Shown piece after piece: positions 48,301 through 61,472 of a stretch of DNA of 64,000 nucleotides. The stretch comes from Scyliorhinus canicula (Eukaryota), in contig NC_052158.1 in assembly GCF_902713615.1 (NCBI RefSeq), positions 41,097,729 through 41,161,728 of the forward strand, written 5' to 3'. The notes below the pieces were generated by a model. The model was not told the DNA's origin and did no database searches. It saw nothing but the letters and a program-made list of their open reading frames with translations. How positions within the stretch are numbered: position 1 is the stretch's first letter; each line of letters begins with the position of its first letter. The position numbers and the translations under genes are program-made.

Positions 48301-49480
48301 ACTGACTTCAGTAAGGCCTTTGACAAGGTCCCTCATGGTAGACTGGTACAAAAGCTGAAGTCGCACGGGATCAGGAGTGAGCTGGCAAGGTGGATACAGA
48401 ACTGGCTAGGTCATAGAAGGTTTAGAGTAGCAATGGAAGGGTGCTTTTCTAATTGGAGGGCTGTGACTAGTGGTGTTCCGCAGGGATCAGTGCTGGGACC
48501 TTTGCTGTTCATAGTATATATAAATGATTTGGAGGAAAATGTAACTGGTCTGCTTAGTAACTTTGCAGACGACACAAAGGTTGGTGGAATTGCGGATAGC
48601 GATGAGGACTGTCAGAGGATACAGCAGGATTTAGATAGTTTGGAAAATTGGGCCGAGAGATGACAGATGGAGTTTAATCCAGACAAATGTGAGGTAATGC
48701 ATTTTGGAAGGTCTAATGCAGGTAGGGAATATACAGTGAATGACAGAACCCTCAAGAGTATTGAAAGTCAGAGAGATCTAGGTGTACAGGTCCACAGGTC
48801 ACTGAAAGGGGCAACACAGGTGGAGAAGGTGTCAAGAAGGCATACGGCATGCTTGCCTTCATTGGCCGGGGCATTGAGTATAAGAATTGTCAAGTTATGT
48901 TGCAGCTGTATGGAACTTTAGTTAGGCTACACTTGGAGTATAGTGTTCAATTCTGGTCGCCACACTACCAGAAGGATGTGGAGGCTTTAGAGAGGGTGCA
49001 GAAGAGATTTACCAAGATGTTGCCTGGTATGGAGGGAATTATCTATGAGGAGCGGTTGAATAATTCGGTTTGTTCTCACTGGAACAACGGGGGTTGAGGG
49101 GCGACTCATAGAGGTCTACAAAATTATGAGGGGCACAGACAGAGTGGATAGTCAGAGGCTTTTCCCCAGGGTCGAGGGGTCAATTACTAGGGGACATAGG
49201 TTTAAGGTGCGAGGGGCAAGGTTTAGAGATGTACGAGGCAAGATGTTTACACAGAGGGTAGTTGGTGCCTGGAACTCGCTGCCGAAGGAGGTGGTGGAAG
49301 CAGGGATGATAGTGACATGTAAGGGGCATCTTGACAAATACATGAATAGGATGGGAATAGAGGGATACGGTACCAGGAAGTGTAGAAGATTTTAGTTTAG
49401 ATGGGCAGCATGGTCGGCACGGGCTTGGAGGGCCGAAGGGCCTGTTCCTGTGCTGTACTTTTCTTTGTGCTTTGTTCTAT
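45380..49480 (+). mobile_element. Essentially full-length CR1 LINE (open ORF1, disrupted ORF2)
   Basis: ORF1 45562-46485; ORF2 fragments 46591-49395 with EN (TETW, GDFNFP) and RT (DFSKAFD, GVPQGSVLGP, FADD) motifs; T-rich tail. Confidence 0.93.
45562..46485 (+). CDS. CR1 ORF1p: CxxC-CxxC zinc finger, coiled coil and SGNH esterase-like domain
   Basis: 307 aa: CSDC...CRKC, LEQQLDAL, GDSIIRG, LPGARV, HLGINDIG and DRLHLN (normally DGxH). Confidence 0.85.
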   Translation: MSIRGVRCSDCEMWQVQEASSVPDGFICRKCTQLKLLADRKVRLEQQLDALRSMQVAESVIDSSYINVVTPKVQAEKWVTTRRGRQSVQESPVVVPLLKGYTPLDTVGGDSLSGENSSSQSSGITAGSDVQQGGSKRRRAIVTGDSIIRGTYRRFCGRERDSRMVCCLPGARVQDVSEQVAGILKGEDKQAEVIVHLGINDIGRNRHEVLQQEFRELGRKLKDRTSRVVISRLLPVPRASEARNRKIEQLNTWLNSWCRREGFRYLDHWELFRGRSDLYKKDRLHLNWRGINILAMWFAGVTREGLN

Positions 49481-49559
49481 GTGCAGGGTAGGTGGATTGG
49501 CCACACTAAATTGCACTTTAATTGGAAAAAATGAATTAGGTACTCTAAATTTATTAACA

Positions 49560-52545
49560 AAGGAGAGGTGATCAAACCTTTGTCAAGGAGGAGGATTATA
49601 AAGATAAATATGGTAAATATAATGGACAATGGTCACCTCCGAGCCCACCGGAAGGGACTTGTGAATGAAACATTTCCTCAATGGACTATACATACCAGTT
49701 GTGGGGGAGGATAGGACACGGGGACTGGAAGCACCAGCTGAACTGAGAGAAATCATGGAGAGTATCAACTCCATGCAAACGGGGAAGGCACCAGGCCCAG
49801 ACGGATTCCCGGCAGACTTCTATGCAAAACTCGTGGCAGCACTAGCCCCGCACCTACTCGTTCATGGACCCATTGGCGAGGGGCACCCTGCCGCCTTCAC
49901 TAGCGCTAGCCTCAATTTCACTGATACCCAAGAATGTTAAGGACTAAACAGAATGCGGGTACCTACAGACCCATTTGGCTGTTAAACGTTGACACAAATA
50001 TACTAGCCAAGATCCAAACCAGGTGACTGGAGAATTGCGTATCAGAGGTGGTGGCAGAAGACCAGACGGGCTTTGTGAAGGGTAGATAGCTAACATGGCT
50101 TGGCACAGGGTTCACCTCCTGGGTAAAACTCCTGTACAGCGCTCCCATGGCGAGCGTACGGACAAATATCACCTGCTCTAGGTGCTTCCAGCTGCACAGA
50201 GACAAAAGGTAGGGATGCCCGCTCTCCCCGCTGCTATTCACCCTAGCGATCGAGGCTCTAGTGATCGCACTCGGCGATAAAGAATTGGAAAAGGATCCAA
50301 AGAGGAGACAGAGAGCACCGAGTCTCGCTCCATGCGGATGACCTGCTCCTCTAGTTTGCTGACCCACAAAGCAGCATGGAGGGAATCATAACGTTCTTGA
50401 AAGAATTAGGACCTTCTCAAGCTACAAATTCAACCTAAGCAAAAGTGAGATCTTCCCAGTGAATCCGCAAGGGGAAGAGACAAAGCTGGATGGACTGTCA
50501 TTTAAACAGTTGCAAAACAAATTCCTCTATCTGGGAATCCAACTGGCCCATTACTGGACACGGATCCACAAGTGGAACATGATCAACCTAGTGGAGGAAG
50601 TTAAAAAGGACCTGCAAAGATTGGACACACTCCCACTCTCCCTGGTGGGGAGGGTGCAGATGATCCAGATGGACGTACTGCCCAGGTTTCTCTTCCTATT
50701 CAGATCCATACCGATCTTCATCCCAAGGCGTTTTTCAACTCAGTGGAAAAACTGATCATGACGTAAGTGTGTGGGGGAGGGGGGGGGCGGGGGGAAGAAC
50801 ACTAGGATCCCCAAAAAGGCCCTGCAAAGAATGAGAATCATGGGAGCCCAGCCCTCCCATACCTGCAGTATTACCTCTGGGCAGCAACAGCGGAAAGTGT
50901 AAAGGGATGGATGAAGGAACCAGAGGCCAAATAGGTAAAAATGGAGGGTGGACACTGGCTACAGCAGGGCTCCCACTCCACTGATCAGGCACTCAATGAA
51001 CCCAGTCGTGATAGCCACACTCATGTCGTGGAATCAACGATGACAGCACTTTGGTCTAACCGAGATGTCCATTAAGGTCTCCATCTGCAACAACCACAGG
51101 TTCGCACCAGCCAAAATAGACGCCACTGTCAAAAGGTGAAGACAGAACCGGGGGCCATTGACATTACATTTGACATATTATGCAGACAAGGCATATCACT
51201 GATACAGTAAGCAAGTTTGACAGAAAGTGCAGAAATCAATGTTTCAAATCGGTGTCCACTTCTGCAGAGTCGGGCACACTTGCCGACTTCGTGCTTGTCT
51301 TGCTCTTCGCCCGGTGCCGTTGAAAGGCCTTTGTCCAAGTTCGCTCAATCTGCATCAGCAGTCGCTTTCGCTTTTGTTTTCTGGCACGTTTATAGAATAG
51401 ATAGAACAGTACAGCACAGAACAGGCCCTTCGGCCCTCAATGTTGTGCCGAGCCATGATCACCCTACTCAAACCCACGTATCCACCCTATACCCGTAACC
51501 CAACAACCCCCCCCTTAACCTTACTTTTATTAGGACACTACGGGCAATTTAGCATGGCCAATCCACCTAACCCGCACATCTTTGGACTGTGGGAGGAAAC
51601 CGGAGCACCCGGAGGAAACCCACGCACACAGGGGGAGGACGTGCAGACTCCACACAGACAGTGACCCAGCCGGGAATCGAACCTGGGACCCTGGAGCTGT
51701 GAAGCATTTATGCTAACCACCATGCTACCCTGCTGCCCCTTGAACCTGTTGTTGCTTGTAATCTGCAAGTGCGTTCGATATTGGCTGGCTGGCAGGATTC
51801 GGTGGTTCTCCCAGCCTTTTCTTCTTCCTACACAGACACCACTAGAGGAACTGACAGAGAAGTTCCAACTAACCGGGCAAACAAATTAAGATACATGCAA
51901 GTCAACAACTTCTTACGTAGGGAAACAAAGACATACCCATGACCACCGCAACAATCACTATGAGAGGTCCTACTGGACGCGGACATCCGAGGGAAAGGAA
52001 ACTGCAGAAACCTGTATGGGTGACGACAGGGAAGGGCACACTCGCCACCGGACGATTCAAGGGAAAAATGGGAGGAGGACCTGGGGTTTGAAATAGGATG
52101 GGGACTCTGGAGCGAAGCACTGACAAGTCCAACTCCACCTCCACTTGCGCAAGGCTAAGCCTAATTCAGCTGTAGAACATTTAACCAGAACCCGAATGAG
52201 TAGCTTCTTCCGAGAGGTGGATGACAAATGTGAACGGTGTCAAGGGTGCTTGGCCAATCACGCCCACAGAGGCACAGAACCCAACCATACCTAAAACGAA
52301 ACAGTATACATCGCACCATGCCACCCCAACAGAGCCAGGTTGGAAGATCCAACGAACAAAGTAGACACACCAGATAGCAAGAAGGGGAGGGGAAATCTGG
52401 AGGAAAGAACTACCCAAAACCTGCTGAGAAATATAAATTGTAAGTTATGTATATAGTGAATGGTATCTAATGTATATAGTTTGTGTATGTTCATGTTCAT
52501 CTTTGCATTATATAAAAAGAGAATCCCAAATAAAATTTTTTTTTA
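49560..52545 (+). mobile_element. Degenerate L1/Tx1-clade LINE ORF2 with poly(A) end; minus-strand SINE nested at about 51393-51739
   Basis: GKAPGPDGFPADFY, GCPLSPLLF, ADDLLL, FLYLGIQL and LPLSLVGRVQMI motifs across frameshifts. Confidence 0.82.
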
Positions 52546-54360
52546 AGTATAATGGAACAAAGGTTGAGGATGAAATACACAGAAAAATTAGAAAATGCAT
52601 GGAAAGTATAGGGTGGGGTTTTACGGCCCTGCCGCGGAAGAAGGGGAGCTGTAAATTGCAGTTAGCCATTCAAATGTCCATTGAGTTCAGTGGGACTGGA
52701 AAATCCCTCCGGCAGGAGGAGCTCTAAAATTCCACCGATAGAATAATAATCATGGGGAATTTCAACTACCATGCTAGTAATTATCCAGAATAGGATATGA
52801 TAAAGAGGATATGACAGTACAGTCCCTACAATGTATGCAAAATGATATATTGCCCAATTATTTGGAAGCCCAACAAAAGAGGATTGATCAGTGGATCTAA
52901 TAATGGAAAATGAGCCAGAGCAGATAAAACATGAAAATTGGAGAACACTTCGGCAATAGTGGTCATGATATAATACACCTTTAGGTAATAATTGTTAAAG
53001 ACTTAAACATGGCTAAAACCAGTGCAACTAATTGGAGTAAAGTTGATTTTGAGGGTCTGAGAATAGAATTTGAAAAAATAAGGACAACCATATTGATAGA
53101 ACTCTCAATGCCCCACACAGTTACTGCTGTGCCTCCTTTACAGTGCTGTTCCCAGGGGATCCTGTATCTCTGACCTGTTGAGCAGAGATTGGAGAGAGTG
53201 GTACCCTCCAGCACATACTTGCACAATTGTTTCAGTCTCTGCTACCTGCTCCTCTTTACTTGAACAATGAGGGTCATCAGGTGCCACCCCATCCATCTGA
53301 GTAAGTGACTTAGTCGAGCTGTTGGTATTGATGAATGGATCTGATTGGTGTTGCTGAAAGTGATGAAAGGGTGAGCAGTGCTGTGAATGATATTGAATTG
53401 AGAGGAGTAAAAGGGGTGCTTTAGAGGATTTAGGTCATTATTACTGTCTGCCGACCATTCCTGAATGAGTCAGCTCATTAAATGTTTCTAGCAATGTATC
53501 CATGACCTTATCATCATACCCCATTGACACAATTCTCCGGTCACCTCCCACGCGTTTTGCCATTTTTTGGGAAATAACATTTCCCTCCTGGACCTGAGAG
53601 AAAAAAGCAGTAAAGTGACTTTCTCTCTGTTTGCAATCCTCTGAATCTTTTCTGCTGTCAAGAAACCTTCAAAATCCACCCAAGGTGCTGCACTGGGCCT
53701 TTCAGTAGGAGCTGGAAATTGGGTGAGTGCAGCAGTATAAGAAGCACAAGCGTGCAGTGTCTGACGAGAAACTAAAGAGTTTTAGTCAAATGAAATATTG
53801 GTCACTGAGTCGGAATCCTCAAACCATGATGTTGTGGCTTTGTCACTCCAAACACCTGGGCCAACCTTCCAAACCCATTTCTGGGTTAATGTTAGAGTCT
53901 GAGTGTGAGTTGGTTATTACACATGAACAAGGAGAAGGAGGAGACCATTCTGCCCCTCAAGCCTGTTCAGCCATTTAATAAGATCATGGCTGATCTGCCA
54001 GTAACCTCAAATCTGTGTCCCACCTACCCCTGGTAACCTATTACCCCAACCCCCCTTGTTAATCAAGAATCTTTCCACCTCTGTCTTAAAAGTATTCAAA
54101 AATTCTGCTTCTACTGCCTTTTCAGGAGGAGAGTTGCAAACTCTCACATCCTCTGAGTGAAAGAATGTTACCTCAACTCCTTTGTAAATGGATGACCCTT
54201 GTTTTTAAACAGTATTTGATTGCATTCTTCGGTTTGGCATTAACTCTGCCTCGGAGCAAACTGAAATAGTGGCTGTTAGAAGGAGTACTCTTACAATGAC
54301 TGGGATTTTCTGGTCCCATTCTTTTTGTGCGGGAGTGGTGACAGGAGCGGAAAATCTCGC

Positions 54361-55392
54361 GAGAGCTTGCACATTCGACATACTCATTCACACAGCTCAC
54401 ACGCACACATTCACGCAGCTCACAAAGACATATTTGCACAGCTTGCACACAACATATTCACATATTCGCACAGCTTGCACACTCGACATACTCACACATT
54501 CACACAGCTCACACGCACACATTCACAGCCCACATGCACACATTTGTACAGGTCACAGACATATTTGCACAGCTTGCACACTCGATATACACATTCACAC
54601 AGCTCACAGACATATTTGCAGAGCTTGCACACTCGACATACACATTCACACAGCTCACAAAGACATATTCGCAGAGCTTGCACACTCGACGTATTCACAC
54701 ATTCACACAGCTCACGCACACATTCACAAAGCAGACATGCACACATTTGCACAGGTCACAAAGACATATTCGCACAGCTTGTATGCTAGATATACTCATA
54801 CATTCACACAGTTCACGCACACATTCACGCAGCTCACAAAGACATATTCGCAGCTTGCACACTTGACATATTCACACAGTTCACGCACACATTCACGCAG
54901 CTCACAAAGACATATTCGCAGCTTGCACACTTGACATATTCACACAGTTCACGCACACATTCACACAGCAGACATGCACACATTTGCACAGGTCACAAAG
55001 ACATATTCGCACAGCTTGCACACTCGACATACTCACATTCACACAGCTCACGCACACATTCACAAAGCATACATGAACACATTGGCACGGGTCACAAAAA
55101 ATATTCGCACAGCTTGCACGCTCAACATACTCACACATTCACACAGTTCACACACACACATTCACACAGCTCACAAAGACATATTTGCACAGATTGCACA
55201 CTCGACATACTCACACATTCACATGCACCCATTCACACAGCTCACAGACACGTTCGCATAGAATCATAGTCATAGATTTGCTCACACATTTGCTCAGGTC
55301 ACAAAGACATATTCGCACAACTTGCACGCTCGTCATACTCACACATTCACACAGCTCACACACAGACATTTGCACAGCCCACACACTCAGAT
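54361..55392 (+). repeat. CA-rich minisatellite, about 1 kb, composite unit about 78 bp built from ~18-24-bp subunits
   Basis: Repeated GCTTGCACACTCGACATACTCACACATTCACACAGCTCACGCACACATTCAC...CACAAAGACATATTCGCACA. Confidence 0.92.
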
Positions 55393-55398
55393 CATAAA

Positions 55399-55686
55399 AG
55401 GGCAGCACGGCACCACAGTGGTTAGTGCTTCACAGTACCAGGGACCCGGTTTCGATTCCTGGCTTGTCTTGAGAGTCTGCGCGTTCTCCCCCTGTCTGCG
55501 TGGGTTTCCTCCGGGTGCTCCAGTTTCCTCCCACTGTCCAAAGATGTGCGGATTAGGTGGATTGGTCACGCTAAATTGCCTTGTAGTCTCCAAAAGTTGG
55601 GTGGGATTGCTCAGTTAAGGGGATAGGGTGGAGGTGTGGGCTTAGGTAGGGTGCTCTTTCAGGGGCCGGTGTAGACTTGATGGGCC
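55399..55686 (+). mobile_element. HE1-like SINE
   Basis: tRNA-like head with GGTTTCGATTCC; body matches the other copies. Confidence 0.85.
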
Positions 55687-55689
55687 AAA

Positions 55690-57915
55690 AAGGCAGGAAA
55701 CTTCAGAAAAGATGGCGGGAAAGTTCCTGCAGCTCTTTTCACACCAGGTTAATGGTCAGGATGAAGTATTTCTGTGTAAAATATGTGGTCAAAGGCACAA
55801 ATTAAGGCAATGTTCAGCATTTGGCAAGTTTTGTTCCAGATGCAAATCGCTTTAGATTGGATTGGATTTGTTTATTGTCACGTGTACCCAGGTACGGTGA
55901 AACGTATTTTTCTGCGTGCAGCTCTGTTAGAGGGCATTTTGTGATACTGAACAATGATATAAACTATAGGTGGCCCTGTAACTACATTTGTGCTCCTATA
56001 TTACTTTTGAATAGCTCTGATGAGACAAAGGATACTCATTGGCTTAGATGCCTGTTTAGAAGAGGCAATTTGTAGAAATAGATAGTGAATACACAATTCT
56101 TGTTAATATCAGAAAGGACACAAAATGGCTGTTAACTATTTTAGCAATACTAAGGACACAAAATGGCTGAACTGGCCACTTTCCTTTAAAAATAAGTTAT
56201 TAACTGTGTAAACTACCTCATGAGAACCTAGGGAGTATTTCAACAGTCGCTGATAACAGCTTCTCAGGACAAGAAACGCTCTGTGTTCTTGATAAGATCA
56301 AGGACCGCAGTTGCAGAAGGACATCATTATACTAGATTTGAATGACTTCTGTATGAAGTTAGGGGCGGGTAAGACAATATCTACTTTAACCCATATATGT
56401 GATAACTGGGATGTTAGGAAAATTGATTGACTGCATGTAATGAAGTGTGATGCAAATATAGTTGATTGATTGTATGTAAATGAGAAAACAACTAATTTTG
56501 CCCCTTGAATCTGTATATTAACCCGTGTGAACCTTAGCTCAAGTGAGAAAAGGTGCTGTCAAAGGCTGCGGAGCATCAGCCTTTCCTCCCAGAATTCTGA
56601 TATAATAAACTGCTTTTTTACTTATACTCAGGCCTTCGTGTGAATATTTTCACCTCTAACAAGCTCAGATCTGTAGAACATGGAAAGCAAATACGTAATA
56701 GGGCAACACAAGGTCCACAATGTAAATACATAGACACCGACATCAGGTGAAGCATACAGGAGTGTAATATTAATCAGATCAGACCACAAGAGTTTGGAGT
56801 CTGATAACAATGCTCATAATTGTTACTCTAAGCTCAACCCCAGATTAGTCAGCACAGAGGAAGACATAGTCTCCAGTGATGAAACATCATTGTTTGTTGG
56901 AGTCATCACTTAAAAAATGCACTTACTAAAATGCAAACTGGTGCTCCATTTAAAATAAATGTGGTTAATGAGGACAAATGGTTGCTACCATTTGAAGTGA
57001 ACGGTACAGTGGTCCAATTGAAGTTAGACACTGGTGCCAAAGCCAATTTAATCAGCATGACTGATTTTAAACATCTAAAAATTCAGCCGATTAGAAGAAA
57101 TCACAAAATATCTCTGAGAGATTATAATGGTCCAAGCAGTAAATGTTATGGTGCTTGTCACCTGAATGTGGTGGTGAAGAACACAGTTTATTCCGTCCAA
57201 TTCTATATTGAATCTGAAGGCTTGGATTCATTATTAGGTGATCAGTCCTGTGAGGAATTAGGTCTAGTGCAGTTGGTATGTAACATCCACAATGGATTGG
57301 ATCAACACTCCAACAATTTCAAGAAAATTATCAGTAAATTTAGCGATGTGTTCACAGGTTTTGGTACTCTGCATTCACCAATAAGATACAACTCAAAGAG
57401 GATACAAAACCTGTGATCCAGGCACCTCAAAAAGAAGCTAGACAGAGTGACAAAATTAAAGTAATCAGAAAGATAGAAGAACCTACTGACTGGATAAACT
57501 CCATGGTTTGTGTAAAGAAAAAGAATGGCGATACTCGCATATGCATGGATTCTAAGGATCTTAACGAGAATACCAAAAGAGAACATTACTAAATACCAAA
57601 GCATGAGGAAATCACAGCTGAGATGGCTGGTGTTCAATTCTTTACAAAACTATTCATTCCAAACCCGTCGGCAAAAACAACACATCTATATGATCTCCTG
57701 CACAAGACAACAGATTTCACTTGGACTGAGCAACATGAGCAAGAGTGGATGACACTCTCAAGACCTCACTAACCACCACGGCAGTTGTCAAATTTTTTGA
57801 CCAGTCTAAGCAGATAAATGTGTCAAAAGGTTATCTGGGAGCAGTTCTTCTGCAACTCGAGCCTGGCGATTGGGAACCAGTCGCTTATGCATCACAACCC
57901 ATGACGACAACAGAA
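55690..57915 (+). mobile_element. Gypsy gag-pol remnant (no LTRs found), interrupted by an L2/CR1 3' end carrying a solo LTR
   Basis: Zn-knuckle CKICG..H..QC..F...C; protease LKLDTGA (56931-57416); RT and RNase H fragments (GAVLLQ, PVAYAS). Confidence 0.8.
55925..56661 (+). mobile_element. Solo LTR (737 bp)
   Basis: 8-bp inverted termini TGTTAGAG/CTCTAACA; perfect TSD AGCTC; AATAAA at about 56606. Confidence 0.92.
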
Positions 57916-59278
57916 CACCCTCCTCTCCCCCACACTTGCTTCTCCCCATACACACCAATCACCCTCTGCCCAGTCCTTGCCCTGAGTCCTCCACTACCCT
58001 CTCTGCCCTGAGACCCCGTTCATAATTGGTCCTGTCAGTAAGTGGCGCATGATCAGAAGGAGACTTCATTTTGAGTGAGATACAGACCGAATGCGTATAT
58101 TTGGAAATTTGGTTCAAAGTTGGGAATTTGGTGCATAGAAGAAAGAGGTGCTTTCTAACTTTCTAAGCCTTCAGGAAGTGGCCTTACCCTCCCTGCTGCA
58201 GGGGAAGAGGCTTATTATTTGGTGAGTATTTCAGCTGCTGTGAAAAGAAAGTATCCATGATGCCACAGGAAAGTTGTTTGGCTGTTGCTCAGTGTAAGGG
58301 GCAGTGTATGAAAAACAAGCATCTGGAATAAAGGGACGTTAGGACCCATAGTAAGGTGATACAAGTAATCCAAAGTACAATCCAAAGTAAAGTTAAGACA
58401 TGGCATGGCAGCTCAGTCAAGTGGAATGCATGTCCTGTAGTATGTGCAAAGACATCAATGCTACCAGTGTCCTAGATATCACATATGCAGGAAGTGCTGC
58501 CAGCTGCAGAAACGTGAGCTCCAGCTAGAGTCACTGCCACATTTCTGAGGCTGAGAGCCACATAAATAGCACAGGTAGTCACACCGCAATTAAGGATCTG
58601 GAGACAGAGAGGGAATGGGTGACCACCAGACAGTAAAAGAGAACTAGGCAGGTAGTTCATGAGTCCCCTGAGGTTTCAGTCAAAAATCGTTTTCCATTTT
58701 GGAAGCTGGTGAGGGTGTTGGTTCCTCAGAGGAGTGTAGTCAGAGCCAGGTTTGTGGCACCACAGCAGCTCAATTACAGTAGCAGGGTAAGACAGTAGCA
58801 CAGTGGTTAGCACAGTTGCTTCACAATGTCAGGGTCCCAAGTTCGATTCTTGGCTTGGGTCACTGTCTGTGCAGAGTCTGCACGTTCTCCCCATGCCTGC
58901 GTGGGTTTCCTCCAGGTGCTCTGGTTTCCTGCAAGTCCCAAACAACGTGCTGTTAGGTAACTTGGACATTCTGAATTTTTCCCGTGTACCCGAACAGGCG
59001 CCAGAATGTGGCGACTAGGGGCTTTTCCCAGTAACTCATTGCAGTGTTAATGTAAGCCTATTTGTGACAATAAAGATTATTATTATTTTCAATTGTGCAT
59101 GAGGGGAGTAAGAAGGGAAGAAGGTAATAGTATTCGGAGGTTCCTTAGTTAGGAGAACAGACAGTTGTTTCTGTGAAGGTAGATATGAGTTCAGATGGTA
59201 TGTTGCCTCCCTGGTGCCAGGGTCGAGGATGTCACAGGGCACCTACAGGACATCCTTCTGGGGAAAGGGTGAACACCC

Positions 59279-60048
59279 TGTGGCCACTTAAAATGGCGTC
59301 CAGCAAGGGATGCTGGGAAAAGTGGCCAAGTTCAAGGACAAGCAGGCTGCAGCTCAGAATAAACACTAAAGCTGCAGCCCATGCTCTTGCAGTACACAGG
59401 AAAATGGCCATATCCAGGCCATTGCGGGACAATAGGACTTGCATGTTAATTTCACACAGCTAACAGACACAACAGCGCCTACTTTCCTTATTTGGAAGGG
59501 CATACGTGGCCTGAACACCTACCGACATGGCCAGTAAGGACACGCCCCATCATCAAGGTAACGGACCTTGATTGGACTTTATCGATCAGAGTGATCGAAC
59601 CCTGATCGATTGATTGGTAGCCAGCCTGGGACCGCCCAAAAGAGCACAAAATCCCCAGGGTTAAAAGATGCTGTGCAACCCTACGATCTCTCACTGTAGC
59701 AGCAACCAACGACGTTGACCATCACCGGCCAACGAAGAAGACCATCAACCTAACAAGCAGAAGGAAGACCAGAGGCAGGAACAGACCAGACCAGGACTGA
59801 ACATTGAGGACTGCAAGACTTAGGATCACAGATAAAGGCCAATATCTGCCCAGTACTTGTTAGTCACTCCAAAGTTAAGTCAAGATCTTGCATGAACTTA
59901 TTCTGTAATATAATTTGTGTTGAATGTGTGTGTGATTGTATAACTTTGACATTGTTCCACTTAATTAAAATTGATTGTTTAATGAAACAGACTTGAGTCA
60001 TTTGTCTATTGTATACAGGTTAAGACACACTGTGGCTTAGCGATAACA
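59279..60048 (+). mobile_element. Solo LTR (770 bp)
   Basis: TGTGGCC...ATAACA termini; 4-bp TSD ACCC (59275-59278 and 60049-60052). Confidence 0.88.
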
Positions 60049-60567
60049 ACCCATATCATGGTCCACATTGGTACCAATGACTTAGGTGGAAAGGGGATGG
60101 GGTCTTAAAATCAGACTTTAGGGAGCTCAGTATAAAATTAACAAGCAGGACACCAATTGCAACTTCCGGATTACCCCCAGTGCCATGTGCGAGTACAAAA
60201 ATAGGAAGATAAGGAAGATGAATGTATGGCTTGAAAGATGGTTCAGAAGAGAGAGATTTAGATCTCTGGGAGCCTGGGACTGGCTCTGAGGGTGATGGAA
60301 CCTGCACAAGTCAGACAGGTTGCACCTGAAATGAGCCGGGACTGAGTTCCTGGTGGGGTATACTGTTGTAAGGGCTTTAAACTAACTCGACAGGGGTGTG
60401 GGAACCAAGAGGAAATATTAGAAAAGTATACCAGGATGCACAAATTACTGGGAGGGACAGAAAGCAGAGTGGAGAGTACATTAAGTTAATGGAGGAAGTC
60501 AGAATAACGGAGTAAGTAATTACATCTAATTAAGGGTTACTGTGCATGTATGTGAATGCACAGAGTA

Positions 60568-61046
60568 TGTTTTGGGGTTGCAAAAAAATTGGAAAGATTC
60601 TGGGCGGGAGTGTTCGCAGTCTTAGCCAGGATAGTGGAGGAGGTGGTGGATCTTTGGTGGCAATATTTGGGGTCAGAGACCCCATGGAGAGGAGGAAGGC
60701 CGAAGTCTTGGCCTTCGCCTCTCTGATTGCACAGCGGCGAATTCTGCTGGAGTGGCGGTCGGCATTGCCACCGGGGGTAACGGCTTGGTTGGATGACCTG
60801 TACGACTTCCTGCGATCAGAGAAGATAAAGTATGAGTTAAGGGGCTCTTCAGGGGGGTTTGAGGAAAGGTGGGGGATGTGTGTGACCGTGTTTGAGGGGC
60901 TGTTTGCCACGGGGGAGGGGGGGTGAAAAAGAGGGAAAACCTGTACAGACTGAAGAGTTGATTGTAGGGAAGCATGTTTCCCGGGGTGTTTGTTCGCTGT
61001 AACCTGTTTTGATACATGTTTGTAATAAAATACATTTTTTAAAAAA
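60568..61046 (+). mobile_element. 5'-truncated L1/Tx1-like LINE 3' end
   Basis: 16-bp TSD GTGAATGCACAGAGTA (60552-60567 and 61047-61062); ORF2 C-terminal AFASLIAQRRILLEWRS; AATAAA and A-tail. Confidence 0.9.
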
Positions 61047-61244
61047 GTGAATGCACAGAGTACAGTAACTCGGATTGGGGAGCTCAGATTGTATTGTGGA
61101 AATTTGATGTTGTGGCAATAGCAGAGACCTGGCACAGGAAGGGAAGACTGGGTGTTAAATATTCCTAGGTACAAGGTGTTCAGAAAAGATAGGAAAGGAA
61201 GGAAAGGAGAAAGGATGGTGATATTAGTGACAATTAGTCAAGGA

Positions 61245-61472
61245 AAGGGCAGCACGGTGGCCTAGTGGTTAGCACAGCTGCCTCATGGCGCTGAGGTCCC
61301 AGGTTCAATCCCGGCCCTGGGTCACTGTCCGTGTGGAGTTTGCACATTCTCCCGTGTCTGCGTGGGTTTCGCCCCCACAACCCAAAAAATGTGCAGAGTA
61401 GGTGGATTGACCATGCTAAATTGCCCCTTAATTGGAAAAAAAATAATTGGGTACTCTAAATTTTTTTTTAAA
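61245..61472 (+). mobile_element. HE1-like SINE
   Basis: 13-bp TSD AATTAGTCAAGGA (61232-61244 and 61473-61485). Confidence 0.92.

Noticed and set aside
54269-55408. His/Thr-rich and Cys/Val-rich ORFs (up to 221 aa)
   Set aside because: They are translations of the CA-rich minisatellite, open in several frames on both strands.
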